From Neocallimastix sp. 'constans' (taxonomy: Eukaryota): a stretch of DNA of 64,000 bases. The translations under genes and the position numbers were made by a program. The notes beneath the pieces are model-generated. The model searched no databases. It was not told the DNA's origin and saw only the letters and a list, made by a program, of their open reading frames with translations. This document shows positions 28,701 to 36,689 of the stretch, piece after piece (position 1 is the stretch's first letter; every line of letters begins with the position of its first letter). The DNA is taken from positions 186,001-250,000 of the forward strand of contig JBODTK010000130.1 of the NCBI GenBank assembly GCA_050613775.1, read 5' to 3'.

Positions 28701-31700
28701 TTATACGACCACAATTATATGAAGTTAAAGATTATAGCTATCAATGGATTAATAATGAGTGGATAAAAACTCCATATAATTTTAATCCTGAATCTGAATG
28801 CTACATAAACACATTTTTCGGCATAAAAAATCCAAATCCAAAAATTAAAGTCACTTATAAGAAAGATTTCGTTAGTGTAGAAAATGGAAGCAATAATATA
28901 TTCATTTCATATGGGAAAAATGGTGAGATTAAAAAACAATCAAATGCCAGTACAGAATCTCTCATGAGGAATATTGATAATGGAATTCCAATATTTGGAA
29001 TTTATATGAATAAATGGTATCCTTTATTTAAAACTTATCCACAATCAATAAAAAATTGGGAAAAACTTGAATTGGATCCTATTAACGTCGAAAATGCAAA
29101 AAAAGATTTAGAAAAAGTCAACGAAAGGAAATTCTTTCAATGGAACGCTCGATCAGCTACTGATTTCCTTGTAATGGTAGATTTGTTAAAATTAGATGAT
29201 TTAACGACTCCAAATTCCTTAATTTGTATTAATAATTTAATTGATAGTTTTCCAGACTCAATTAAAAAGACATCACTTTATTGGAAAAACTTAAAGGATT
29301 GCGGAGACATTATCCCTAATATTATGTCTAGAGATCAAGAAGACTTGTTATATATTATATCTCATAATTTAATTTATTACTTTTATATATTATTTAAGTC
29401 TCAATATGAAAAAATAGAGAAACAATCTTATTCGATAATTTTAGATTCAATCCCTAATGATAAAGTTCCTTCCAAAATTAAAGAATTATGTCAACAATAT
29501 TATACTATTGATTCAGAAGAAATGTCATTTGATCCTGCATCAAAAGAAGATGAACAATTTCATGAAGTTAAAACAGCACTAAAAAATCTATCAATTTCTG
29601 ATATTTCAGTTGAAGATTCCAAAGAAGCCTTTTTAATAACATATTATAATTACTCAAATTTTGAAATTCAATCAAAATTAAGAAATGATAAACCAAATAT
29701 TATTATATCATCTAAAAAATATCATTTACAATCTGATAAAGATATATCTATTTCACTTCCAGATATTTCTTCTGAATTCAAAAGGGAAGGTGTAACAATT
29801 GAGAATTTAAGTAACTTTTATCTTTCATGTCTTAAGGGAACAAGAATTCTTCCAATTTATATTAGAAGTATGAAGATTCAAAATAATAAAGCAATGGAAA
29901 AAACTGCATCAAACTATTTCTTGAAACTACTTCAAGTATATAGAGGTCTTCCAAAAATTGATAATTCTTTGATTTCATATTCAGTCAATTCTTTTATTAG
30001 CTCATTTTGTTCAATGATTGGAAAATTTAAACTAGCTGGTATTACTTTTTCAAATTTACCAACTAGTTGTCAAAATTTGGAAGAACATCAACAAGATTTT
30101 ATTCAATATCCTGAAAAAGACGATTTATTCCTTCCTCAAGAAAACTGGACATCAAAAGCTCAAATATTATCCCAAAATTCAAAATATTCCTTAATAGGAT
30201 ATCCTTTAGGAAATGCAGGTCTGCAATTTTCAAGTTTTCACTCAACCCCATCTAATCAAAACATTTTTCATCAAGATAATCAAGTCGATAACATTTCAAC
30301 CAATAATGAAAGGAATATTTCAGAGGAAAATGATGGTATGGAGGTTTTAGATGATATTCAATTTGATAAACTTATTAAAATACGAAGACAACAAGAATTA
30401 GATGAAATTGAGCAAGAAAATGATGATTTAGATATTGAAATACAAGAGGAATCATCCAATGAGCAAAAAACTAAAATTAAAATTTCCTCAAATGATATTG
30501 AAGTTAAGAGCAAAAAAATTAAATCTGAACAATTTGATGGTTCACTTTCACATTTTACTGAAGAAGAAGGAATTAAAAGAACGGTCGCAAGAATTTCCCA
30601 AATGGATTCAAATAAAACCTTGAATATTTATTCAGAGAGATATCATTTATCTAATACCAATATTTTATATGATGCTAATTTCCCGTGTGAAGATAGAGAT
30701 AAATATTCAATTATTCCATTAATTGTACAAAGTTATATTTTAAGTCAAGAGTTTATCAAAGTTGCATCAGATCCTAAAAATGAAATATCGTTTTCTAATA
30801 TAGCAGTCAATATCCTTGTTGATTGTAGTTCATTTATAAGTGATGAGAATAAGATATTTAATATGTTTATTATTTGTGCATTAACTGATGCATTAACTGC
30901 TCTTGAAATTCCATATTCAGCAGCTGTTATAGCTGATCAAAATTTTAAATGCATTATTAAGACTTTTGATGAAGATCATTCATTCCAAGTGTTGCAAAGA
31001 ATATGTGACTGTTTATTAATTAAACGTTATAAAACTAAACTTGCTAGTTCAATAAAATTTGCTATAGATTCAATGCAATATACGTATGATAAAAATAGAA
31101 ATCAAAGAGCAATATTCACATTTTCAGATGGCCTTGATGAACAACTCATTCTTACAAAATCATGGAAGGATTCTATTCTAATCAATCCAGACATCTCTAT
31201 TGGTTTTGTATTTATAAAATCCGCTCTATTATTAGGGAAAAATTTAGAAATCGTTCAAGATATGTGGAAAAATTTCGAAACTCAAACAAATGTTTCGATA
31301 GCTAATATAAAGGCAGAAATTTCAGAAGAAGTAAAAAATGAGTTGAATAAAGTTTTTATTAATGTAATGAGTAGAAAATCGTTAAATTCCCCCAAAAATA
31401 CAGACAAATACGAATTCCCAACATTTTCTATTGAAGATTCTATGTGTATATCAAGTTTAAAAAATATTTCAACTGCTTTTCAAGAAAAATTCCAAGCAAA
31501 AGATATTTATATTGAAAGAACAGATGTATTAAAGACTGCAAAATTGGTTATAGACAAAATTGATGCAAAGAAATATTTAAATAAGATGAATTCAATTGCA
31601 ACATGTAAGACAGGCAATGATTTTAATAAAAGTGAATATGAAAAATTACTCATGACATTTATTAATAGAGAAAAGCTAAATATTTCATATTTAGAAACTA

Positions 31701-34252
31701 TATTTAAGCCAAATAAAGCTTCACAAGCCATCTTATCAACAACAGGAACAGAATTTGATATTACTGCTCTTATTCTTAATATAATTAATCCTGTTCCAGA
31801 TCCAATGATTTATCTTGAAGAGAAAGGAGGTTTAATTCGTAATTATTCAGTCTCAGTAATAATAGATTTATCTATTTCATGCTTTCATGAATTATCAGCT
31901 TCACATTCAATTCAAACTATTCATCATCTCCTTTCAGCATTAGCACTATTTGATTTACCATCTTTTGATTTGATTCTTACTGGTGATCCTACCCCCACAG
32001 TTCTCTGTTCTGAAGTAGGAACATGTCGAGCCTTAAATCCAAATTCCAATATCTGGAAATCTTTATTTGTTATGCTTGAGAATCCAAATAGACATGCTGA
32101 TCTTGCATCCGCTATTCATACTGCTTTTGATTTGAGAAGAATGCGATCAACTGAATATACAAATATTCTTTTTGTCTTAACAGATGGCTTATATCAAAAT
32201 TCAGAGAGACCACGTATTGTTGAATGCGTGAACAACTGCGTTCAATCAGGTATTAATACAATTGGTGTTGGAATTGGTATTTATCCAAAAGGAATAGAGA
32301 AACTATTTCCACAAATTATTTTCTCTCCAAATCCAGAAAATGTCATGAAAGGAATTGCTACTTTGTTTGGTGATAACCCATCAAATGTCTATGATGAAAT
32401 GCCTTCAATTTCATTTGCAATGGATGAACAATTTAATTTTAATTTGAAAGAAGCAATATCAAAAATTATTAATAATAAAGAAAATCCAGTATACAAGAAT
32501 CTTAAAGAAGAATTACATGAAATTACTCCTACATTAGAATCATTTGAATTTATTAATCCAGAATTCTCTATTATAGATGAAAAAGGAGACTATATAAATC
32601 CACCCGAAGGAACTTATTCTGCTTTATATACAAAAGATATACTAAAAACTCAAAAGATTCTAATAGTGATGCTTTGGGATTGTTCTCTAAATCAAAAAGA
32701 AGGAAGAGCTCTTGATAAACAATATATCTTTACATCTCCAGAACCTGGGAGAACCGAATGTATTAAAAGCGCTGTAGATCATTACGGAATTGAGTTAGAA
32801 GTAGTTCAAAATTATGAAGATGCCATTGACAGACTTTTAAGACAAACCAAACCAGGTTTTTGTGATTATTATGCAACATGGGTAATATGTGGTCCACCTT
32901 ATCCAGTTCTTCCTTATTGTGGCAAAGATTCCGATCCTCATTTAGTTGGTCAATTCATTGATGTTTTAATCCAATTTTGGAAGAATGGGGGATCTCTTGT
33001 ATTTTGGGCAGAAGGTGATCCTTTATATGCACAAGTCAATTGGTTCCTTGAAAAAGTTGAATTTGAGAATGAACCTAATTGTCCATCTGGTAAAACAAAC
33101 CTTCGAATTACTGGAGAGCATTTAGGTAATACAATTCTAAAGCCAGATGAATCACCCGATCTTATACATCCTCAAACATTTAATCGAAGTCCACTTATCT
33201 TTAAAGAGTCCCAACGAACCACACCTTCTCATAATACTGGAAAATTATATGAAGGTTATACAATATCATATGCACTATATGATCTTGAAAAAATTAAGCC
33301 TTTCATACCTTTTGCAAGAGATTCGGGAGAAAACCAAACTTTACGTAACAGTGCAATCACCTCAATGTTTTATCCAGCAAATTTGAAAACAGGAACTGGA
33401 GATATTGTAATTGATTGTGGCTACACAAAATTGTTTTCCAAAATTACAACCGACGGAACATTCAGATATATTCAGAACATTGCAGGATGGACAGGACGCC
33501 CCGAAATTCATAAAAGAGTCGATGGAATAGAACCTAGTGAATGGAGACCCAAGGCTATATCTTTTGAAATTAAAAAAGTAAAGTGGCCTAAATTTAAGAG
33601 TCAAGTAGTAGATAAGGTTGATATTGTTTTTTGTATAGATGCAACAGGTTCAATGGAAAATTGGATTGAAGCTGCAAAGAAACAATCTCAAGCAATTGCA
33701 AATTCTTCTCATAGTAATCACCCTGGAATCCATTTCAATTTTGGTGTAATTTTCTATAGAGATCCAATTGATTCAAGAAGTGACAAAAATGAGTTCTTCC
33801 AACCTACAAATAGCATCCAAAGTTTAGTAAGCTTTATGTCCACTCAAGTTGCAAATGGAGGTGGTGATGGTCCTGAAGATTGGGTTGGTGCCTATTCAAT
33901 TCTCTTAGATCAAATAAATTGGAGACCAGGCGCTGCTAGAGCTGTCATTCATATTGCGGATGCTCCAGCACATGGAACTGAATGGGGCGGTGATTCTAAA
34001 CATCAAATTGAGGGACCTAAATTGTACCCATTAATAAAAAGATGTGCAAATGAGGAAATATTTTTTACTGGTATTAATGTCCTAAATGGTGCTACACAAA
34101 GTTTTAACAGAATTAAGGCGATTTATTCAGAACAAAAAAAGGAGAAATTCTATACTACAATTTATTCAATTGAATCAGTTGATTCAAATGTCGCTGCTAA
34201 ATTCCTTTCAGATGTTACCGCAAATGTAATTTCCCAAATTTCAGCTTTTTAA
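16724..34252 (+). CDS. Giant intronless midasin-like protein, 5842 aa: six AAA+ (MoxR/dynein-related) modules, long linker, and a VWA - VWA - alpha/beta domain - VWA C-terminus
   Basis: Single open frame of 17.5 kb. Walker A-like motifs GPTGTSKT (17264), GAEGTGIT (18119), GPTGVGKT (19208), GPSGFKT (20195), GPPGQGKQ (21380) and GNTASGKS (22328). Midasin-type motifs LLLDEINLA, HPNFRLIATQNP, DLLG and AIRNGEWVLIDG. VWA starts NILVDCSS (~30821), VIIDLSIS (~31865) and DIVFCIDATGSM (~33638). Confidence 0.93.
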   Translation: MKSKGMKKEKVKKDSELMKRELEQERKEKENKENGNELMKEELKEEGIKEGKKEKERKEQKNYIVEKYNNKRDDNDTYSSSTEELNQKINQNEQDNSGVKMNNIDEKVLIHLKDDQDFCEESVDITKIINEINEHNENLDTINIKDSSKRIKKFIFTPEALQRLTLIYNYLKDGVPVLLEGPTGTSKTLSVEIVCELFNYPLIRFNLSSETKATDLLGRYVGDQNSWAGIRLQMGQFIDAFENGKVLLLDEINLASQECLQFIEEALDSGEISTELPGKPLLRIKMHPNFRLIATQNPNKGLFAHKRKDLGQKFISRFQVINFPEFSKEELRKIALGLAEQFHLEGEEGLINDLVSFHIEWSNLPEIAEDIQCFTVREIAATVRAIANGNNPLDTVLTIYGARYTKDKREKLMNLLKEYSSFNTLKKEEFEYPKSFPKCFHNNHLSEALKSIFFSFKNNRHVILAGAEGTGITQIARWISQYYDQENEENEDSSSQYFCVCTEEIKCADLIGRQKPSDGINSNTQELLKWQSGFLSEAIEKGKCTVLDSIDEAPSTVTERLNALLDQKYDEKQKYFEIPENPNQSRIAIHSKFRLLCTCHIEKLNYMSPAFINRFDVIVLENQLENIRKEEMISLISLLMNYKYTSNQVQKSDSEVFSDVDSDEESYYYSFLKDDPESDDEPISNNNEIDYAPDGEPISNNNEIDYVPDNEIIELITKEVNDSMTMLQLSQFCKAVAIYSLFFPSSVSKSKIIDLTKQILKKDPNEKDFELDDEIKNYLINDLNSSQNILNDNDDDDDQFFFLNSELLQQFIAKLYAASLIHLPVCVYGPTGVGKTSAARAFAKIRPLSYKSNTKYKMHSFHSGTKSNNFYGTTTIKDGKIIYINGTLTDSLRKGYTFIADEMNLSSITTMKALAPALDPSVGNNIFVPGIGETIEVNSSFFFIACQNELGTIGRNAVPSSIASRFRYFNYPKQTEEDLSSICKDICNSIYKNGKKPSFKPNDAELLGKFMIELNNSNQRCIPQWSLRDITKIFKRAFQQDERRNEYLNITLYHNILFYSLSSVNQEDCKSCLPFICDLIGKIFFNDSSEFLTQRDELNKCFNISPEIQKRNNGTYLMKGECGILFEFDPKIRYTNSLLNSMFQILLTEDTEPVLLMGPSGFKTFLSQQFLREAKVITLNQESTIAQLLGSSSFLTDIEAKLFYIEIICKICHIYNSFPKFSQKLMNNTLSKNDILNETSLAKEFLPNSFGEIINHLIDKLFNNSMNNNKTCVIENIALEFRPGLLLSAFLEGRSLILKNLSNLPTIVLERFNELFSGKHIITLNEDIHNTFTTSDNKVLNQSNQNIRFFATCPLNSASKLSEAVLSRFTVLNISGYKNEEQQKALLSYIQFNDLNVDTSNISILYKLSDESIISKIGIHLSFLQMINILEMTARLNENSDPTHNQFNMGIIIYRVLNGVLEKRIHRQNLQSIIIEAGISIPPQLDEKFMEEPLIVTNENGYRGVKSKITGLFIKSPNAKAKLSNTAFIPTFTEMVDIIHLGIVIKIPVILEGPPGQGKQTAIKYIADYLGFNIINIIISRSTKVDDLLGKLTISRDENNNIHVNIIETKLVKAFKSNSEMNNTIIVFHNINNASPAVLEVLASIFDHHQHDILLPDGNTIYKGKMNIIGIFNPKNNPSNRDKLPNSLIYSSIYHIVNSPEDSDVFDFIITLFSKTNLKEDALVTFDHYKITKQYAAEINATPLTLNDLIKYILFRRASYGCIDRSLISQMVFAYRFIQQESIQYILSMMSIGKMSYNPQFILNLENQKLLIKISEESKKALEIPINDISNVNEMKIQEALASLTIPQKHCMTFMACSLLAKRTCILQGNTASGKSFLVRLFAQMLGQKLVVYQMNSDTGMSILTGQSIISDSISFQEDAKIDHAYSELCMIPYFREYLEKNNFKRDKKHFSALLQEIQKYNQKELSQEQKRCLSSAHQKIIQILSPANRFHHEESAFIKAIRNGEWVLIDGIELAPPEIAEKISSLCGDDPELDLTECGEECYFTKRKTTKSQQIHDNFFLLITYNPSSQNEIKTLDSDLINKCCSFSLSEMDSKEEYSAQILLGSLVNQSYPSKFSIEIAARMAMLHSKAKKKSQSNKDLFAGDLQFTGRTLTFIEKEIKYHTKNSKLNLKQSKICKPICNSINAFYCNSVIDSNKREEFRKDLIAQFSETPPLELLNNIEYPGMNQKEKNKSLLLELRNLQLYVCNKISYNFNFLEFTNLCLHVKIMDVPFILNHLQDTKNLINDNTKMQRPDDILILEKEYSQIGILVQIFHNIQENIKNVNPEYYNTELKDKDLLMISELQQPIMRLNLLHELEEQGFSFIFPGILYDEHFFEIMQIIKNLSENIEVIKTFSDFIYKLKLYKELIPYVERIFPYHIFQDGSSIVLSKLIKLLKILNEKQISFNVEIDNQSYKFEYDKMSNVEINYIFNENDPFLLSYGSIVSFYIKINNKIRKKHYSFDHIDPKKESMMEKTLTIISLTNYVISTPSILEANFKEQYKVIIKESKTKSSHNTDFPITVKSQLSSFYKSDVHDLILISKIITMIFLLPTEKLQIISFFIHKLEAYVLFIVHLVFSSLIPDNVQNVHDFLNWMASGIKPLGDENSILWRIMNNSFRVPLNYEIINLKGLIQEINQEIKYLESSPIDNQEKWPTELFIEDLNNQKSSIKKLIDEKNASKEDLDIKNNIQDLIRRIDSTEIKKDKHKSIRKQIITQLKYISQNTLNQNDYQNCVNMVQQFFYFIKENDSEFNKKNILWPVFQSSVLPNQSNNFKDKELFLDIIWFSKAKALLDTISKSSLKTVYSDVMKLSEFPELNSMVQFLFNRLNSSSNSIHTGLSVDDMSIMYSTLNALFIYKSKKYSFNSFNDIVSLLNDLSERKEITNEKEIEWIHEIANQFSSSFVLTLPRLKPNDLFYLIINYQGELKEPLNGPLISKTEASEICRSLQSRLFNDFKDMKECSDTIAKIIYNNIYRTTKADDSDHEGLKDLLSTSFQTMENPNNKQLLQAALNILSIADNLNDFKDYEFKFDDIKFIRNQKWLQNKEYINRYPSLVFWLCKNQKCMKQLQYIYEKSKLSTHELPFWIFVLRIMSAKNCISFDSKPTTETGKLIKQLVTDNIKKIINKSSSIGTEWLSLILSNVPAEITDACNKIFYQFFTYLSEDDYNNNEIINKIKYESIKNFIKNICDMSVKGTLQCILKEPIKSCNEDTSSFIKDPENFIKERVLDYRNKMLQEVTNSNEFKILSDNFNKLRPEIDKKIEFLEQSINEETESRKKCFKQEQEKKYNKDFGVYKKKLHKSVKEYNDLFYEISEIIRKGEEYLNFYNYNKKILELLEKGENLIEIEEDQSKTSLDVTMLIFSPLFPFYSPKYIKIYDKRNIKKLQQIQFKRQNFIQEKQIFYFPTKYYSNYKFLVYNNDPKNTQNIKIYPLKTNTDYRNQFEIKYKLYTKISAPSLIFGKDYNQKDSKSFINMLQQFNKKIDTFIHEIQKEFSTGDINDQSFKKPEYIIEYIKNIQNYFNVKYTDGKESEIQNLLNNLIYDLNQILKDIKSFQFFFIEKNIKNDWINSSQFNFIFNSIHHYSLPFPSDKPEIGKINLLNIKNIEYLSSPILSIDKNSISCCYNALNITIGPIIPILYSKKTTMNFISFIDNPVTVDIENVTSKDGHDYSRWFTAKHTFTSGEIIQIFISLPPPVNKNIENIEVSLNLKIQSPPYKELNIPCTFFITLLPLSIFLSCKEYSLSYHDDSFNLCTQYLMSNSDLSLKIQNYNHKDAVSYAYQIESCDDNESPKPDVNKSKNGLSIHIPSLSNKIQRLHFNLHLQFSERFSTEVRVNAAIIPFDYSFYIYDFTKKKYISNNLTIFFSNDLVEKSIPLHCILYIPSFINQLDCDAIIQKKISCGEIENYSYYQKFPAKSKKFTLMLKIHPNLKNYEYNEYNSISLQIKGIEKKIQIRFIRPQLYEVKDYSYQWINNEWIKTPYNFNPESECYINTFFGIKNPNPKIKVTYKKDFVSVENGSNNIFISYGKNGEIKKQSNASTESLMRNIDNGIPIFGIYMNKWYPLFKTYPQSIKNWEKLELDPINVENAKKDLEKVNERKFFQWNARSATDFLVMVDLLKLDDLTTPNSLICINNLIDSFPDSIKKTSLYWKNLKDCGDIIPNIMSRDQEDLLYIISHNLIYYFYILFKSQYEKIEKQSYSIILDSIPNDKVPSKIKELCQQYYTIDSEEMSFDPASKEDEQFHEVKTALKNLSISDISVEDSKEAFLITYYNYSNFEIQSKLRNDKPNIIISSKKYHLQSDKDISISLPDISSEFKREGVTIENLSNFYLSCLKGTRILPIYIRSMKIQNNKAMEKTASNYFLKLLQVYRGLPKIDNSLISYSVNSFISSFCSMIGKFKLAGITFSNLPTSCQNLEEHQQDFIQYPEKDDLFLPQENWTSKAQILSQNSKYSLIGYPLGNAGLQFSSFHSTPSNQNIFHQDNQVDNISTNNERNISEENDGMEVLDDIQFDKLIKIRRQQELDEIEQENDDLDIEIQEESSNEQKTKIKISSNDIEVKSKKIKSEQFDGSLSHFTEEEGIKRTVARISQMDSNKTLNIYSERYHLSNTNILYDANFPCEDRDKYSIIPLIVQSYILSQEFIKVASDPKNEISFSNIAVNILVDCSSFISDENKIFNMFIICALTDALTALEIPYSAAVIADQNFKCIIKTFDEDHSFQVLQRICDCLLIKRYKTKLASSIKFAIDSMQYTYDKNRNQRAIFTFSDGLDEQLILTKSWKDSILINPDISIGFVFIKSALLLGKNLEIVQDMWKNFETQTNVSIANIKAEISEEVKNELNKVFINVMSRKSLNSPKNTDKYEFPTFSIEDSMCISSLKNISTAFQEKFQAKDIYIERTDVLKTAKLVIDKIDAKKYLNKMNSIATCKTGNDFNKSEYEKLLMTFINREKLNISYLETIFKPNKASQAILSTTGTEFDITALILNIINPVPDPMIYLEEKGGLIRNYSVSVIIDLSISCFHELSASHSIQTIHHLLSALALFDLPSFDLILTGDPTPTVLCSEVGTCRALNPNSNIWKSLFVMLENPNRHADLASAIHTAFDLRRMRSTEYTNILFVLTDGLYQNSERPRIVECVNNCVQSGINTIGVGIGIYPKGIEKLFPQIIFSPNPENVMKGIATLFGDNPSNVYDEMPSISFAMDEQFNFNLKEAISKIINNKENPVYKNLKEELHEITPTLESFEFINPEFSIIDEKGDYINPPEGTYSALYTKDILKTQKILIVMLWDCSLNQKEGRALDKQYIFTSPEPGRTECIKSAVDHYGIELEVVQNYEDAIDRLLRQTKPGFCDYYATWVICGPPYPVLPYCGKDSDPHLVGQFIDVLIQFWKNGGSLVFWAEGDPLYAQVNWFLEKVEFENEPNCPSGKTNLRITGEHLGNTILKPDESPDLIHPQTFNRSPLIFKESQRTTPSHNTGKLYEGYTISYALYDLEKIKPFIPFARDSGENQTLRNSAITSMFYPANLKTGTGDIVIDCGYTKLFSKITTDGTFRYIQNIAGWTGRPEIHKRVDGIEPSEWRPKAISFEIKKVKWPKFKSQVVDKVDIVFCIDATGSMENWIEAAKKQSQAIANSSHSNHPGIHFNFGVIFYRDPIDSRSDKNEFFQPTNSIQSLVSFMSTQVANGGGDGPEDWVGAYSILLDQINWRPGAARAVIHIADAPAHGTEWGGDSKHQIEGPKLYPLIKRCANEEIFFTGINVLNGATQSFNRIKAIYSEQKKEKFYTTIYSIESVDSNVAAKFLSDVTANVISQISAF
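18757..18850 (+). repeat. In-frame 45-bp tandem duplication (EPISNNNEIDYxPD x2) in the acidic AAA2-AAA3 loop
   Basis: gaaccaatttcaaataataatgaaatagattatg appears twice, 45 nt apart. Confidence 0.9.
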
Positions 34253-34752
34253 AACTCAGGAATAGATTTTGTATTCTTTTTACTTATTTAAATATTAGTC
34301 ATTTAAATGCATATATATATAGAATAATTCTCAGAATAAATAATAATAATAAAAATATGAATTTTAAGTAAAAATATTGTAGAAAAAAGTAAATTTTAAT
34401 ATGAATAATAATAAAATAGTTAATTATTAATTAAAAGAAATATTAATTTTGTATATATAAATATTTATAATTTTAAATATTTTGATAATAAATTTAATAT
34501 TTTTATTTTTATATACATATATATAGATCAATTCAATTAAAATAATTTTTATTTATATCCATATCAATAATAATAATAAAAAAATTAATATAAAATATTA
34601 ATAAATAAAAAAAAATTGTTCATATATGAATATTTTTGTTATATATATATATATTTTATTTACCAATACTTCATAAATAATTCTAATTTTTCAAAAAAAA
34701 AAAATTTTTATTGATTTAATCACAATAGTTGTTTATTTTTAATTATATTTTT

Positions 34753-34796
<44 letters not shown>

Positions 34797-35059
34797 TTAG
34801 TAATATATATACTTTATTTTTAAATTTATGAATATAATTAAAATATTTTAATTTTTAATAAATGAAAATTATTAATAATCCCATGAAGGCACATTTCAAT
34901 AAGTGAACAGTACTGTAATAATGATATTATTATTTAATTATGATATTAATATAAAATATAATTTTCTAAATAATTCTGTTTTTTTTTTTTTATTTTTTTT
35001 TTTTTTTGTTAATATTATGAAAAAAAATATTAATAAGTAATATTTGTAGTTTAACTATC

Positions 35060-35816
35060 ATTATTTAATACTCCTTTTCTCATGAAAAGCATGTTGCATT
35101 TTATGAAATCAAAAATTTTTCTTTAGGTCCTAATCTTGAAAAGCTTGATGAATTTTTAAATTTGCTACGCGAATATAAAAATATATGTGGTAAAGTAAAG
35201 TCAGGTCAATTTAGTTTTCTATTAAATCAAAGCAATTTCTTCAGTCGATAGAATCTGCATGTAATGATTTTCGTAATAAAAATGCTAGGAGTTCTTGGTT
35301 AAAATTAAAGAAACTATCTCACCCTATGTACTCTAATTCTACTTCGTCAAGTGTTTTAAGGGACAAGTAGGGTAGCTTTTTATTTTCTTATTCGGATCAA
35401 CTGAATCGATTTGCTGAACATTATAGTGAATTAGCTTCTGATGTTACTCAACATAGTCTGGATAATGAATACTGGGTAAATTTATTTGGAACTAATTCTA
35501 ATAATAATCCTACTTGGGATATTAATGATCTGGAGGAGAAGAGAGGTTCGTTGCCTCTAGACTTTTTTTTTTTTTTTTTTTCTGAATTTTATTAATTCCC
35601 CCTATTTTATATATGACTCTTTTTATTTCACATTACTATTTTATAAATATAATTATGATCTAATTGAACAAATAATGTTTTTTTTTTTTTTATTATTTTT
35701 ATTAATTGTGCGTATTTTTTTCTTTTAAAAAAAAAATATTCATGTTATTAATAAATGAATAAATAAATAAATAAATAAAGTTTAAAGTTCTTAATTAATT
35801 GTGGCTGTAAAAAAAA
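35060..35816 (+). mobile_element. LINE remnant: EN-RT linker fragment joined directly to the 3' UTR and poly-A
   Basis: Degenerate frame ...SSWLKLKKL...DQLNRFAEHYSELASD...WDIND is followed by gaggttcgttgcct...aaagttc...ggctgt(A)8, which matches the 3' UTR at 44856-45105. Confidence 0.75.
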
Positions 35817-36255
35817 TTTTTTTTTTTATTTTATATCTTTATAAAAATATACCCTTTATTTATATATATTTGTAATTTTTTTTTTTTAAATATAGTAAAG
35901 ATCTTTCAATTTTTTTATAATTTAAATTTCATAAATTGAAATGTGAATAAAAAAAAAAGGTTTGTACGAAACAATTATTTTCATTATAATAATTGTAATA
36001 ATAATGAAAATAATTTAAAAAAAAAAAAAATAAAAGAATGATTTATTAAAAAAAAAAGGGGGATCTCTCTAACATATAATTGAAAAGAGAACATTTTTTA
36101 TATATTTAAATGCTGAGTATTTTTCTTTTTTTTTATTTTTTTTAAATTTTTTTTTAATATTTCAAATAAAAATAATAAAAATAGTAATACCTTTTTAAAT
36201 GATTAATGACAAAAAAAAAAAAAAAAAAAAATTTATTTAATATAGTTTATCAGAA

Positions 36256-36689
36256 ACATGGATGCAATATATGAAAGTTTTAAAGATTGACTCCGGTTGG
36301 GGGGAAAGAAGGTGTTTAATTAATAATTTCTTATTAAGGCTATGCCTATTGTGATTAATGATTTTTTTTACACTAATCACTATATTAAGACATAGTGATT
36401 AATGATTAAGCCTAACCATTGTCCAGAGCGGTCGAAATCATAAAATGCGAAGAAGAAGTTTTGTTTGATTAAAATGATGATTTTAATGCACATTGGAGTG
36501 ATCATCGATAAATGGTAAGAGTTAGAGATCAAACTCCTAACGTATTTTTTTTTTTATTTTTTTTTATTTTTTTTTATGTTAATATAAAAAATGTCATGTA
36601 TTTTATTTTTATTTTCATATATATATATATATATATATTTAATCATATATGATTAAATTATTATTAAATAAAGTTTATTTCTTTTCTTC

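Noticed and set aside
16704..33604. Short alternative-frame and antisense ORFs within the giant gene
   Set aside because: No motifs; expected shadows of a long coding sequence.
16724..34252. Naming the giant gene MDN1/REA1, dynein or RNF213
   Set aside because: Three VWA domains, no long D/E tether, no recognisable dynein stalk or RING, and a different Walker pattern; orthology cannot be shown without a search.
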